Virus record (IMG/VR): IMGVR_UViG_3300037295_000263
Span: 152,705-216,704 of that record
Source: a virus
Taxonomy: Duplodnaviria > Caudoviricetes
Direction: 5' to 3' (one strand)
Length of the DNA stretch: 64,000 nucleotides
Positions 34,369 to 43,852 of the stretch are shown in pieces; the first letter of the stretch is position 1, and the number at the start of each line of letters is the position of its first letter. The notes beneath the pieces were generated by a model. The model was not told the DNA's origin, did not search any database, and saw only the letters and a program-made list of their open reading frames with translations. The position numbers and the translations under genes were made by a program.

Positions 34369-35724
34369 TCATAATACTACACTGGAACAATGTTTTTGAA
34401 TTAATTCTTTGACATCTCTTAATGTTGTACGCCAGTTAGTGCCTCGGCGAATGTCGAGGATGTCCATAACTCTAACAAATTCTTGGATTGCTGCTTGATT
34501 TTCAAAATCAATATAAGAATTTAACAAATTGATCTGAGACCGTATCCATCGTTCTCTTGTAGGTGTATTTTCAATCTTTTGCAATCTGTCTATTATTTCT
34601 AATTTTGCAGATTTAGGCAAGTTTCTAATATCGTAACATACTGGACCTTCTATATATCTTATGTTTAAATCTACTTCTAATTCTTCAGATAACGGTAACA
34701 GTCTTTCAAGGGTATAAGGAGTAGCAATGCCGATACAACTTGAAATATAAGTAATTTCTATTCCATTGTTTTTAATTATTTTTAAGTTTTCGATTATTCT
34801 TTCATACTTTCCAGGAAATCGAATTAAGTTATACCTGTCTTCGGTTTCGTCAAGACTTATACACAAAAATACTTTTTTAAAATGTTTCCATCTGTTTATT
34901 ATTTTGTTGTTGATTACACTTAAATTTGTATCGTATCTAAGATATATGTTTTTAGCTGAACCATTTGCTATTAATCTATCCAAACACTCAGCCATTGCCG
35001 GTACGATCAACGGTTCTCCACCAGTAAAATAAATATGTCTCAACTGCGAAGAAATATGTTCAAATTTACTCCACCATACATTAGTTTCCCACCACGGCAC
35101 AGTAACATTGCCAGTATTTGATTTCAAGTAAAAAGATTTGTAATTTTCTTTTTTAAAATTACTAGTCATTATATTATTTCTCATAGGCAATCTTCCTACT
35201 GCCTCCCAATCATCATACCATTGATTACTGTGTTCTGGGCTACACATGATACATTTTTGATTGCATAAATTTCCAAATCTAATATCTAAATTTATAACTT
35301 TTGGATTAGTTATCGATCCGTCGGCGTTCATTACACTTTTAGCAGTGTCTACTGTGATGTATTCAGGTATATTTTTTACAGTTACGTTTAAAACTCGTTG
35401 GCGCTTGCTTATTCCTGTTTTTGCATTTTTGCCCCATGAAATTATTCCCCGAGTACTATCCTCCGAGTCGTAACAACTCCTGCATCGTTTTACTTTAATA
35501 TTTTGTGCAAGTTCTAATCTATGACTTTTATGAGTTTCGCTATTAATAGCTTCTTCAAACGAATGCGTCATGATGTTCATAGTTTTTCCATTACTATCAA
35601 CAGCCATCCCAAAGTCTTTATCAAAATTGGCAAGGCAGCAAATTTTAAAATCTCCACTAGGGCTTATTTCCAACTGACTCCATGGTTCCGGGCAAAAGCT
35701 CTCGATGTTAAAATTTGTTGTCAT
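34369..35724 (-). CDS. Radical SAM protein with N-terminal twitch-like cluster
   Basis: FCPEPW..KICC..CRSCYDSE..SKR; CNQKCIMC, FTGGEP, YDTNL, ISLDE. Confidence 0.92.
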   Translation of the reverse strand: MTTNFNIESFCPEPWSQLEISPSGDFKICCLANFDKDFGMAVDSNGKTMNIMTHSFEEAINSETHKSHRLELAQNIKVKRCRSCYDSEDSTRGIISWGKNAKTGISKRQRVLNVTVKNIPEYITVDTAKSVMNADGSITNPKVINLDIRFGNLCNQKCIMCSPEHSNQWYDDWEAVGRLPMRNNIMTSNFKKENYKSFYLKSNTGNVTVPWWETNVWWSKFEHISSQLRHIYFTGGEPLIVPAMAECLDRLIANGSAKNIYLRYDTNLSVINNKIINRWKHFKKVFLCISLDETEDRYNLIRFPGKYERIIENLKIIKNNGIEITYISSCIGIATPYTLERLLPLSEELEVDLNIRYIEGPVCYDIRNLPKSAKLEIIDRLQKIENTPTRERWIRSQINLLNSYIDFENQAAIQEFVRVMDILDIRRGTNWRTTLRDVKELIQKHCSSVVL

Positions 35725-35735
35725 TTTTAAGTTCC

Positions 35736-36869
35736 TTATCTGTAATAAAAGTTGTAATCTGTATCGATAGCCAATACTTTTTTGTTCAAGTACAGTTTGG
35801 CATTTTTAGGCGTACTAACTTCCTTGTTCTTGTATTTAAAGTAATCTAAGTCATTGTTGAATTCATAAATGTATTTTTTGTAAATATACTTCTGAATGTT
35901 CCCTCGGCTCATTAATTCTTGTCCGAGTAAGCTTACTGCCCAATTTTGAAATTCTTGTCCGTTATACCAAAAAAAACAATTTTGTTCTATAAACTTCTTT
36001 GAATTAATAGTGTCATCGAGCTGTTGGTAATTCCACAACATAGATACAATGTCGATATCGTGCCCCCAATTAAAATTTACCCACCATAAAAATTCATAAA
36101 CAGTGCGTAAATCAATCTTGGCAGACTGAGCAGTTTCAATTATTTCATTGTATGTAAAAACAGCAGAGTTAATATTTGTATTTTCAGTAAAATATTTTAA
36201 AATCTCGTTCACGTGATTTTTCCAAGGACGAGTGTGTATACCCGGATATCGTTCATTAAAGTTTTCAAAGCTGTCAAATGATATTAACGGGCCACCGATT
36301 TCTCCCGAAGTGTATAAGTTGTTGTGAGAGAACTGTATGTTACTATCAAAAAACTCATCTGTAGATATAGTAGCTAATTTTCCTTCTATGTAATTTGTGT
36401 ACATATCAGGATATTCTGCAATGCTATGCTTGTTTAAAACTACTACAATCTTCGAAAGATTTTTAAAATTTCTAAGAACAGAACATAGCACTAACGTGGA
36501 ATCTATTCCGCCACTCCAAAATATATACACTTTATCATAGTCTTCCGCAGAAGCTTGCAACTGTAAAGATCTAAGATCAAACAAGGAAGTACTATCCAAT
36601 GCAGTTTCATGATTTGGAATAAAATGAATGGATGGATTACGCTTTACAGTATGACTTATTCTATCTAGATTAAATCTAGGATATACCAGAGTTTCATTAG
36701 TAGCTATATGTATCATAAATCTTGCACGATCTATGCTATCTATATTTTTTAAAAATTCATATTTATTTTTAGTAGTATAAATTATTCCGTTAACATTAAT
36801 GTAGATTAATTCTTTTTCTTTTAATGGCAGTGATTTAGTTGTTTGCTGTAAATGAATATATGTTGACAT
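35736..36869 (-). CDS. PP-loop (asparagine-synthase/QueC-like) ATPase
   Basis: IFWSGGIDSTLVL; YTSGEIG; C-terminal KYIYKKYIY. Confidence 0.7.
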   Translation of the reverse strand: MSTYIHLQQTTKSLPLKEKELIYINVNGIIYTTKNKYEFLKNIDSIDRARFMIHIATNETLVYPRFNLDRISHTVKRNPSIHFIPNHETALDSTSLFDLRSLQLQASAEDYDKVYIFWSGGIDSTLVLCSVLRNFKNLSKIVVVLNKHSIAEYPDMYTNYIEGKLATISTDEFFDSNIQFSHNNLYTSGEIGGPLISFDSFENFNERYPGIHTRPWKNHVNEILKYFTENTNINSAVFTYNEIIETAQSAKIDLRTVYEFLWWVNFNWGHDIDIVSMLWNYQQLDDTINSKKFIEQNCFFWYNGQEFQNWAVSLLGQELMSRGNIQKYIYKKYIYEFNNDLDYFKYKNKEVSTPKNAKLYLNKKVLAIDTDYNFYYR

Positions 36870-36871
36870 TG

Positions 36872-37510
36872 TTAAAATTCAAATCCGTAGTCTTGAATAT
36901 CGGTTTTATATATTTCAGCAATTATTTTTTTAGTCTCGTCGGTATAGTACAGCTGATGTTCATTTGATTGTGGACTGATCCCACTAGGTAATTCTACCGG
37001 CATGTTGGTACAGAAAAAATTCTGAATCTGCGTAAAGTCGTCGACGAAGTATTCTTTTCTAATAGTAAATGTAGGCTTTTGTAATATGCCGTTGTCATCT
37101 GTATAAGTAATCCATGCAGTTCCGGTGGTCGCCGGAGTGAACCATACTTGCGGAATATGTCGATGATGCGGTAGTTGTTTAATAAAATTTTCAAATGACG
37201 ATAAATCGAAATTAAAAAGAACGTGCATAGGATGCGATGTTCCTTGCGATTCTAACATTGTTAACTTTTTAAATGCATTAAAATTTTTAATCCATGGATT
37301 TGAAATAATTGCAACAGTTTCAACTCCAGGATATACTGATCGAATCATTTTTAAATTCGGAACTTGTTCATCAATTACATTATCGATAATATGCCTATAT
37401 CTAAACTGCGGCACTTTAAAAGACCAATCATAATAGTAATTGGGCCACATAAAATCTCCTGCAGTTAAGGTTATAAAAAAATTGTCGTTTTCTTTATAAT
37501 TGTTAATCAC
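36872..37510 (-). CDS. Sulfotransferase family 2-like protein (degenerate 5'PSB)
   Basis: IISNPW, IRKEYFVDDF, YTDETKKIIAEIYKTDI..YGFEF; C-terminus parallels 63176-63784. Confidence 0.6.
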   Translation of the reverse strand: MINNYKENDNFFITLTAGDFMWPNYYYDWSFKVPQFRYRHIIDNVIDEQVPNLKMIRSVYPGVETVAIISNPWIKNFNAFKKLTMLESQGTSHPMHVLFNFDLSSFENFIKQLPHHRHIPQVWFTPATTGTAWITYTDDNGILQKPTFTIRKEYFVDDFTQIQNFFCTNMPVELPSGISPQSNEHQLYYTDETKKIIAEIYKTDIQDYGFEF

Positions 37511-38693
37511 TCAAATCCTTTATAATATTGTTAAACTGATATTTTGCTCTGTTCTTGTAAAATATATACATTTCAGATTTGGCGAAATTTATATTCTTTT
37601 CGAACCTTGCACGGTTGTTGGACCATAATTCTTTAGTACGTTGATTGTCAGTCAACAACACAATGTTATTCTTAATGGCACTATACATTCGTTCGATCGG
37701 GTCGTCTATTTGATCATACGTGTGGTCAACTATATCATCGAATGTGTCCATGCCCATGTTTCTTAAGAAATCAACAGTGCCTTTACTACTTAATAATATA
37801 GGAAAACTACAGCCGTATATGCTATTTAATGTTTTTTCAGTTAGCAAGAAACATTTTTCAAAATACGAAGTTTCGCTTACTAGTTCAACAAATGTATTTC
37901 GGTAATGAATAGCTAATTTATTTTTAAAATTACTAACATTATCATTTCCTTGCGTTGGGTATATATCTGGACTTTCTGTTAGCAATATCGATGAGTTTTT
38001 AAAATTGTAGTAACCGGTAGCTACTAGATTATATATCAAATTTTGTTCTGAAGAAAATAACTGTTTACCTTCCAATACTTCAGCTTCATGAAACTCGTCT
38101 TTAAACATTGCCGAAACTAGCCCGTGCTCTGCTGTCTTTAATCCGTGTTGTAGAAATACAGACAATGCTCGGTGTAACCTCATTCCTCTATTTAGACTAA
38201 GATAAGTCGATGTACTGTCCAGATTTTTTTCCAGAACAGGAGACATTGCCTTGTACTCTAGTTCTTGGTTAGTAATATCCCCTCCCCACGGAACTATAAA
38301 CAGGTTATCTCGTTTTATACATTGTTCTAGATTTTCCAGCGATGTTAATATTATAAATTTTTTATCAGGATATAAATCAAACAGCATACTTAAATTATCA
38401 ATAGAAGAATTCACACACTGTTTTTCAAAGTTATATTTCCCGTATGTTAAATGATCCTTGATCCCTATAATAATCAAATCTTGTTTAATATTATCTAAAA
38501 TTGAATTTCGAAAATCTAATTCAAATTTGTTAATGTTTTCATTTGTTAAATGTACTATTTCTGAATATGTTGGTTCGAATATAATAGACCAAATATAAAA
38601 ACTATCATTCGCGATAGGCACATTGTTGGTCAACTCATAAAATAATCGAAATGCAAAAGCATCGCCGGGCGGTCTTTTTATTATTGTTTTCAT
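37503..38693 (-). CDS. Putative glycosyltransferase-like protein (paralogue of 15669-16865)
   Basis: YLSLNRG.RLHR; VELVSET..LLTEKT..PILL..GMDTFDDIVDHTYD. Confidence 0.5.
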   Translation of the reverse strand: MKTIIKRPPGDAFAFRLFYELTNNVPIANDSFYIWSIIFEPTYSEIVHLTNENINKFELDFRNSILDNIKQDLIIIGIKDHLTYGKYNFEKQCVNSSIDNLSMLFDLYPDKKFIILTSLENLEQCIKRDNLFIVPWGGDITNQELEYKAMSPVLEKNLDSTSTYLSLNRGMRLHRALSVFLQHGLKTAEHGLVSAMFKDEFHEAEVLEGKQLFSSEQNLIYNLVATGYYNFKNSSILLTESPDIYPTQGNDNVSNFKNKLAIHYRNTFVELVSETSYFEKCFLLTEKTLNSIYGCSFPILLSSKGTVDFLRNMGMDTFDDIVDHTYDQIDDPIERMYSAIKNNIVLLTDNQRTKELWSNNRARFEKNINFAKSEMYIFYKNRAKYQFNNIIKDLSD

Positions 38694-39580
38694 TTAGATA
38701 ATATCGACTTCATCTTACCATATTCGTTTTGTAAAAAATTCGAATCAACTGATACAGGAGTTTGGATTCCTACTTGCGATGTCAATTCATCTCTTAAATC
38801 ATTATTGTTAAGACGTTTAGACAATTCAGTTAATACAGCAGGATCCGATGAAGAGTTAGCCACTACAGAATGCCATCTGTAATATTCTTTATCATCAACT
38901 CCTAATTCGCCAAGAGTTGGTATATTCGGATATTCAGAAAGTCGATGGTTGGACAATACAGCAATAGGGATTAAGTCTCCTGATGAAATAAACCCGGACA
39001 ATGTTGCATTGGATTCCAATAGCCATTGAACATCGTTGGCAAGTAAGCCCAAAATAGCAGCACTACCTCCTTGGTATGGCACATGTATCAAATTTTTATT
39101 GTTATTGGCAATTATATTTGCAGATATATGACTATTAGTTCCTATTCCTGCTGAGCCGTAAAATAGAGTTTTTTCTTTGAAAGTTTTTTGAAATTCTTGA
39201 AAAGATTTAATTCCACTTGATTTGTTAACTACTAAAATAGTAGGTTCTATTCCTACATAATCTATTAGCACAAAGTCTTTTTCTATTTGGTATTTAACTG
39301 ATGAAGGATTTAGTATAGGCGCAGTCACTACTGCTCCGCCTGACAACATCACCATATTAGAAGTTTTATCACTGGCCAAATAGTTAGCAGCAACTATTCC
39401 TCCTGCTCCTGTTTTGTATTCTAATATAATTTTAAAATCGGGAGTAGATATATGTTTTGCTATAATTCTAGAAATTTTATCAGCACTGCCACCAGGTGAA
39501 TACGGTACTAGCCATCTTATTTCTGTTGAATAAGCATTTAGTGACAAGAAAGTTGTTAATATTAAAATAATTGTTTTCAT
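38690..39580 (-). CDS. tctC: Tripartite tricarboxylate transporter substrate-binding protein (Bug/TctC)
   Basis: Signal peptide; VPYSPGGSAD, GAGGIVA, GSAGIGT..H, VPYQGG. Confidence 0.88.
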   Translation of the reverse strand: MKTIILILTTFLSLNAYSTEIRWLVPYSPGGSADKISRIIAKHISTPDFKIILEYKTGAGGIVAANYLASDKTSNMVMLSGGAVVTAPILNPSSVKYQIEKDFVLIDYVGIEPTILVVNKSSGIKSFQEFQKTFKEKTLFYGSAGIGTNSHISANIIANNNKNLIHVPYQGGSAAILGLLANDVQWLLESNATLSGFISSGDLIPIAVLSNHRLSEYPNIPTLGELGVDDKEYYRWHSVVANSSSDPAVLTELSKRLNNNDLRDELTSQVGIQTPVSVDSNFLQNEYGKMKSILSK

Positions 39581-40704
39581 AATTTGTAAAATTTTGTATT
39601 TGTTGAACTGAGGCCATTTTTTATATCTTGCTGAATTCCTGAATCTTTTGAAATATTTTCTTCTAGATATTTTATAACATCTAAGTAATTATGTTTAACT
39701 TCATCCGATGCTGTATTCCAAAACCATAGGTCTTGATCTCTGATTATTTTACTATCGGGTTTTTCTGTTTGAAATACAGGTTCGGGCAAACCAGGATATA
39801 TTATAGGGTGCATAACTTTTCTAAATTCTCCTATATGAACATTGAGAGAAGTAGACCATAAATGTTTTTTATTTGGGTCTATCTCGCATTGCGCTTTAAT
39901 TTCTTGTGCTTGTTTAATAACAATCTCGGGCATTTCAGGAGTCCAATAAAAGAACTCGGTTATATAGTGCTTATGATAAATTTCTTCTTTGTTTAATGTA
40001 ACCGGAGCAGCATGCATTGCCGACGAGTCTGTGAAGTAAGCGTAATAGTTGACTCCGTCAAAATATACCAGCGGCTTATCCACACCTAGTAATTGACAAC
40101 AACGTTTTCCATTATCGATTAATTTTAGTATGTGATTTTCGTATAACGAAGTTGCTTGTCTTCCTATCACTCCTAAACATATATTTGTTCCTGGGGTGTT
40201 AGTTTCAAACCAATTGTCGTGCCTTAATAACTCAATTAGGCTTTTAGAAAAATCCTGGAATCTTAATTTAGTATTAGGGTGTATTTTATGTTTAATACTA
40301 TTTAAATATGGAACAGCAACGAAGTCTATTTCTCCGTAAATATTGCGATTGCTCATATCGGTATTATTAAAATTCTTTCTATCAGGTTCGGGCAACTGCA
40401 TTACTATTTCGTCTATAAACAATCCATTATCTAAAAAAGATAACAGTATGTTATTGCTGTCTGCTCCGCCGGTGTAGTATAGTGCGATATAATCATATTG
40501 CTCTCTAAGTTGTTTAGCACGAGCAGCATATAATTGAGGCAGAGATTTGGCAATAGGAACAGACCAGTCAACTGCACTATATACATCATCGTTAAATACC
40601 CACTTAACTGCGTATTTTGTCTTTTTTGATTCTATCAAAGCAAGTGTTTTATTTACAAACTTGTTAAAACCTACAAGGTAGTATCCCAATCTGTTAGAGT
40701 GCAT
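39577..40704 (-). CDS. PP-loop ATPase family protein (paralogue of 57942-59054)
   Basis: LYYTGGADSNNIL..F; GVDKP; EFFYWTPEMPEIVIKQA. Confidence 0.7.
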   Translation of the reverse strand: MHSNRLGYYLVGFNKFVNKTLALIESKKTKYAVKWVFNDDVYSAVDWSVPIAKSLPQLYAARAKQLREQYDYIALYYTGGADSNNILLSFLDNGLFIDEIVMQLPEPDRKNFNNTDMSNRNIYGEIDFVAVPYLNSIKHKIHPNTKLRFQDFSKSLIELLRHDNWFETNTPGTNICLGVIGRQATSLYENHILKLIDNGKRCCQLLGVDKPLVYFDGVNYYAYFTDSSAMHAAPVTLNKEEIYHKHYITEFFYWTPEMPEIVIKQAQEIKAQCEIDPNKKHLWSTSLNVHIGEFRKVMHPIIYPGLPEPVFQTEKPDSKIIRDQDLWFWNTASDEVKHNYLDVIKYLEENISKDSGIQQDIKNGLSSTNTKFYKL

Positions 40705-41275
40705 ACAACTCTTCTACTCGTTTTTTTATATTGTTAAAATTTAATGGCATAGTAGTAGGGACATTATTTACAGCAGATTCTATATAACCTAATTCCTCGT
40801 ATGTATATGTTGAATTAAAATTTATAGAAAGTGAATCTAAAAGTAAGTTATTATTATTGATTGTGTTTATGCACTCAGTCAGGACTACGTCGTCGATGTC
40901 TATTTCATACTGTTTTATATTTTCGGCAGGCCGTTGAAACCACACGTTTCTTTTTTTGGCAATATAGTAACTAACTATTTGATCGATTATATCTAATCTT
41001 GTGAGTTTTATCTTAAAACAGTCACTAAGCAATAGCTCTCTGTACTCTTTTAAATCAGTAATTTGATTAACAATAATCTTAATGGCATACTTTTTATTAT
41101 TGCTATAATATTGATTTAAAAATAAAGACGGATCGTGTAATCCCGATGTTGGTTCAATAAATGCCAATTCACCTAGTTTAAATTGTTCCCTTATAGCATT
41201 TATAAAAGGAGATGATGCTGTCCTGTAATTAGCAACTACAATTACTGGCCATTGGCATATTTCAATTTTTGTCAA
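40694..41275 (-). CDS. Stf0-like sulfotransferase
   Basis: VVANYRTASS P-loop-like, EP, LTRLDIIDQIVSYYIA...W, YEEL. Confidence 0.6.
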   Translation of the reverse strand: MTKIEICQWPVIVVANYRTASSPFINAIREQFKLGELAFIEPTSGLHDPSLFLNQYYSNNKKYAIKIIVNQITDLKEYRELLLSDCFKIKLTRLDIIDQIVSYYIAKKRNVWFQRPAENIKQYEIDIDDVVLTECINTINNNNLLLDSLSINFNSTYTYEELGYIESAVNNVPTTMPLNFNNIKKRVEELYAL

Positions 41276-42078
41276 ACTAACCCCATGTCCTTTCGAATTT
41301 GAGTTCCAGATATCTGTGTAATAGATTCGTCAAAAGTTTCTTCTCCTGCTGTATATCCTACTCCGCGTCCCCATCCGATATGAACAATATTAGGAACAAT
41401 TTGTATATGGTATTGGCCCTGATAAAGAGGATCTAGATCTCTGCGAATACGATTTTTAACCTCTTCTAATCCAAACGGATTGCTACCTTGCCAACCTTGC
41501 ACATCACGGATTTGTATAATTACTTGACCAGTGCGTGTCAACAATCGTTCAAACAAAGCACGATGTCCTCGATGCCACGGCTGCCATCGTCCTAATTGTT
41601 GCACTGTTTCTTTACGCCAATCGAATACCGGTCTTCGTTTATTTGCTAATATATGCTCTGCAATAAAACTTGTCCACTTTTCAGCATCTTGTTCATTAAC
41701 ACGAAAATCGTATACTGTTGGTGCAATAAAAGCCTTGTTAGTATCTGCAAAGCGACTTTGATCGATAGTGTCTAACCAAATAGTCCAGTCAGCATTAAAA
41801 TTATTACGCATTTCTGGTAATGGTGCAACAAAGTCACATAGGACATAATCTGCTGTAGATTTCTCTGCTAATTCTTTCATTCTTAAACTTTGGCGTATTC
41901 TTCCATCCTCACTAAAATCCCAGTCATTGTAATGTTTTCTAACAACATCAGCATTGAACCATTCTGCAGTAACTAACCTGCTACCTTGAAACTGTGTCGA
42001 AATATAATGTTGTAGTACTGTTGCTAGCGTAGTTTTTCCGGAACCTGGCAAGCCCATAATTAAAATTTTTATTGACAT
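41272..42078 (-). CDS. cysC: Adenylyl-sulfate kinase fused to a cytidylyltransferase-like domain
   Basis: MGLPGSGKTT, NADVVR, R..Q..R, DFVAP; C-terminal GRWQPWHRGH (HxGH). Confidence 0.8.
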   Translation of the reverse strand: MSIKILIMGLPGSGKTTLATVLQHYISTQFQGSRLVTAEWFNADVVRKHYNDWDFSEDGRIRQSLRMKELAEKSTADYVLCDFVAPLPEMRNNFNADWTIWLDTIDQSRFADTNKAFIAPTVYDFRVNEQDAEKWTSFIAEHILANKRRPVFDWRKETVQQLGRWQPWHRGHRALFERLLTRTGQVIIQIRDVQGWQGSNPFGLEEVKNRIRRDLDPLYQGQYHIQIVPNIVHIGWGRGVGYTAGEETFDESITQISGTQIRKDMGLV

Positions 42079-42120
42079 TCTATTACCTATCTGTTTGTGT
42101 TAATTATCTACGAAGCTTGA

Positions 42121-43203
42121 TTAGTATTTAAAATGTGGCACAATTTCTTTAAACGTCTGTGTCCAATCTAATTTTCTAATTGGATCCCATTTGTTTATAT
42201 GAGATAACATATCTTTATAATCCAGTACTGGTATTTCTTTCATAACTTTACTAATAGGATGAGAATCGTCCAGCTTTTTCCAAATCTCTTCACGTAAACT
42301 CATTGGAGTACACCCTATGTCTAATGTACCTTCGCCCCGAATAAAATTATAACTAACTCGAGATCCGTCTGGATTAGTACTAAAATTCTCATCAAGCCAG
42401 TTTCCTAAAATATCTACGTAATAAACATTTAATGGAATAATACAGCAGTTGATGTGAAAACTAGTATTCCGTGTGGTGTTATTTTTAAATAACTCCAGAT
42501 TTCTAGTAGCTTTATCCCACTTTAACGGCCATCGTATGTAATGGAATTGGTCTCCTACTCCGTCGATGCTAAGTCCTATCTTTACTTGTTTAAACTTTTC
42601 CCATAATTTCAATACAGAGTCGTTGGGAAAGATACTGCAATTAGTAGTATAGTTAATTTGCACATCTGCTGGATTTTCTATTTCGTATAAAAACTTTAAA
42701 TGAGTATCAGTTAGTAACGGCTCGCCGCCCCAGAAATGGAAAATTTTTACTTTGTTTAAATCGATGCTCTCTTTTAAAGTTTTTATTTTACGGTCAATTT
42801 CAGGTTCGGGCTGTATATGGATTATTTTTTTATCCTGTGCTAGCTCTTTCCTCCAAAGTGAACTCTGCGAGTCTCCGCATTGAATACATGCAGCATTACA
42901 GGTAGTATCTAAAACTATTTCTAATTTGTAAATAGAATCTCCTGCATCGTCTGGAATTTCATTATTACTAACCATACGCAAACTATTGCCATGTGTTTTT
43001 TCTTTTAGTTCGCATTTGCTGCATCCTGGCAAGAAAGTTTTTGCATTTATAAAGCGATCACGTTCTCTTTTGAAAAACGTAGGATGAAAAGGCAAATAGT
43101 CGTTGTAAAGACAACACGGGTTGAATGTTAATGCGTCACTGTCTCCGGGTACTCTGAAACTAACAGCATTACTCAACGCTTTACAGAAAGTATTTTGCTT
43201 CAT
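42121..43203 (-). CDS. Radical SAM protein with N-terminal twitch-like cluster
   Basis: FCKAL..PCC..CSKCELKE..SLR; CNAACIQC, FWGGEP, YTTNCS, LSIDG. Confidence 0.9.
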   Translation of the reverse strand: MKQNTFCKALSNAVSFRVPGDSDALTFNPCCLYNDYLPFHPTFFKRERDRFINAKTFLPGCSKCELKEKTHGNSLRMVSNNEIPDDAGDSIYKLEIVLDTTCNAACIQCGDSQSSLWRKELAQDKKIIHIQPEPEIDRKIKTLKESIDLNKVKIFHFWGGEPLLTDTHLKFLYEIENPADVQINYTTNCSIFPNDSVLKLWEKFKQVKIGLSIDGVGDQFHYIRWPLKWDKATRNLELFKNNTTRNTSFHINCCIIPLNVYYVDILGNWLDENFSTNPDGSRVSYNFIRGEGTLDIGCTPMSLREEIWKKLDDSHPISKVMKEIPVLDYKDMLSHINKWDPIRKLDWTQTFKEIVPHFKY

Positions 43204-43430
43204 TCTTCAGAACTAATGAGTAAATATTTTCCAATTTCGAACAATCCAACTCCGCCCGGAATATCTATTACACAAATGTGTATTTGAGTTTCATTATTTT
43301 TGTCAATAGATGCTGCTACAAATTCTGTTATTTCATCATTTTCGATTGCAGCTTTTAAATGATTAATAACTTCCAGCAGCTCTTGTTTATGCTGATTTTC
43401 TTGCCGTTCGTTAATGCTGACAATTTTCAT
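43200..43430 (-). CDS. Hypothetical protein
   Basis: 76-aa ORF, ATGA overlap. Confidence 0.65.
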   Translation of the reverse strand: MKIVSINERQENQHKQELLEVINHLKAAIENDEITEFVAASIDKNNETQIHICVIDIPGGVGLFEIGKYLLISSEE

Positions 43431-43499
43431 TTTTGTTAACCTTTTATATTCATACTTATCTTAACTGTGAAGTTGTTTGTAAATTTTTTAAGTACAATC

Positions 43500-43724
43500 T
43501 TATGCCCAACATAATGCAAAAATTGCAGCATCTTGCTTGTTTTCAAAATGCCAAGCTACTATAGAAAATTCTTTAATATCTCTAAATTTTCCTTGGCAAT
43601 TTTCTAAACACCAAGATAACTTTTTATCATAATCAAAGTCATTGGGCAACGTAATAGCATACCATTTTCCTAATAACTTAATTAATTCACGATGCGGTAT
43701 TATGATATTTTTAGATTTTGTCAT
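43500..43724 (-). CDS. Small hypothetical protein (FxL(K/R)W family)
   Basis: WCLENC..WHFENKQDAAIFALCWA. Confidence 0.65.
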   Translation of the reverse strand: MTKSKNIIIPHRELIKLLGKWYAITLPNDFDYDKKLSWCLENCQGKFRDIKEFSIVAWHFENKQDAAIFALCWA

Positions 43725-43852
43725 CTACAAATTGCCATTCGTCTAACTCTTTAAAATAATCCCAACGGTTGCCACCTAATAGCTCTTGTAATTTCCATTT
43801 ATTTTCAATATCTTTACAACGTTGCGGTTGTTTTTCAGATTCTATAATTACT

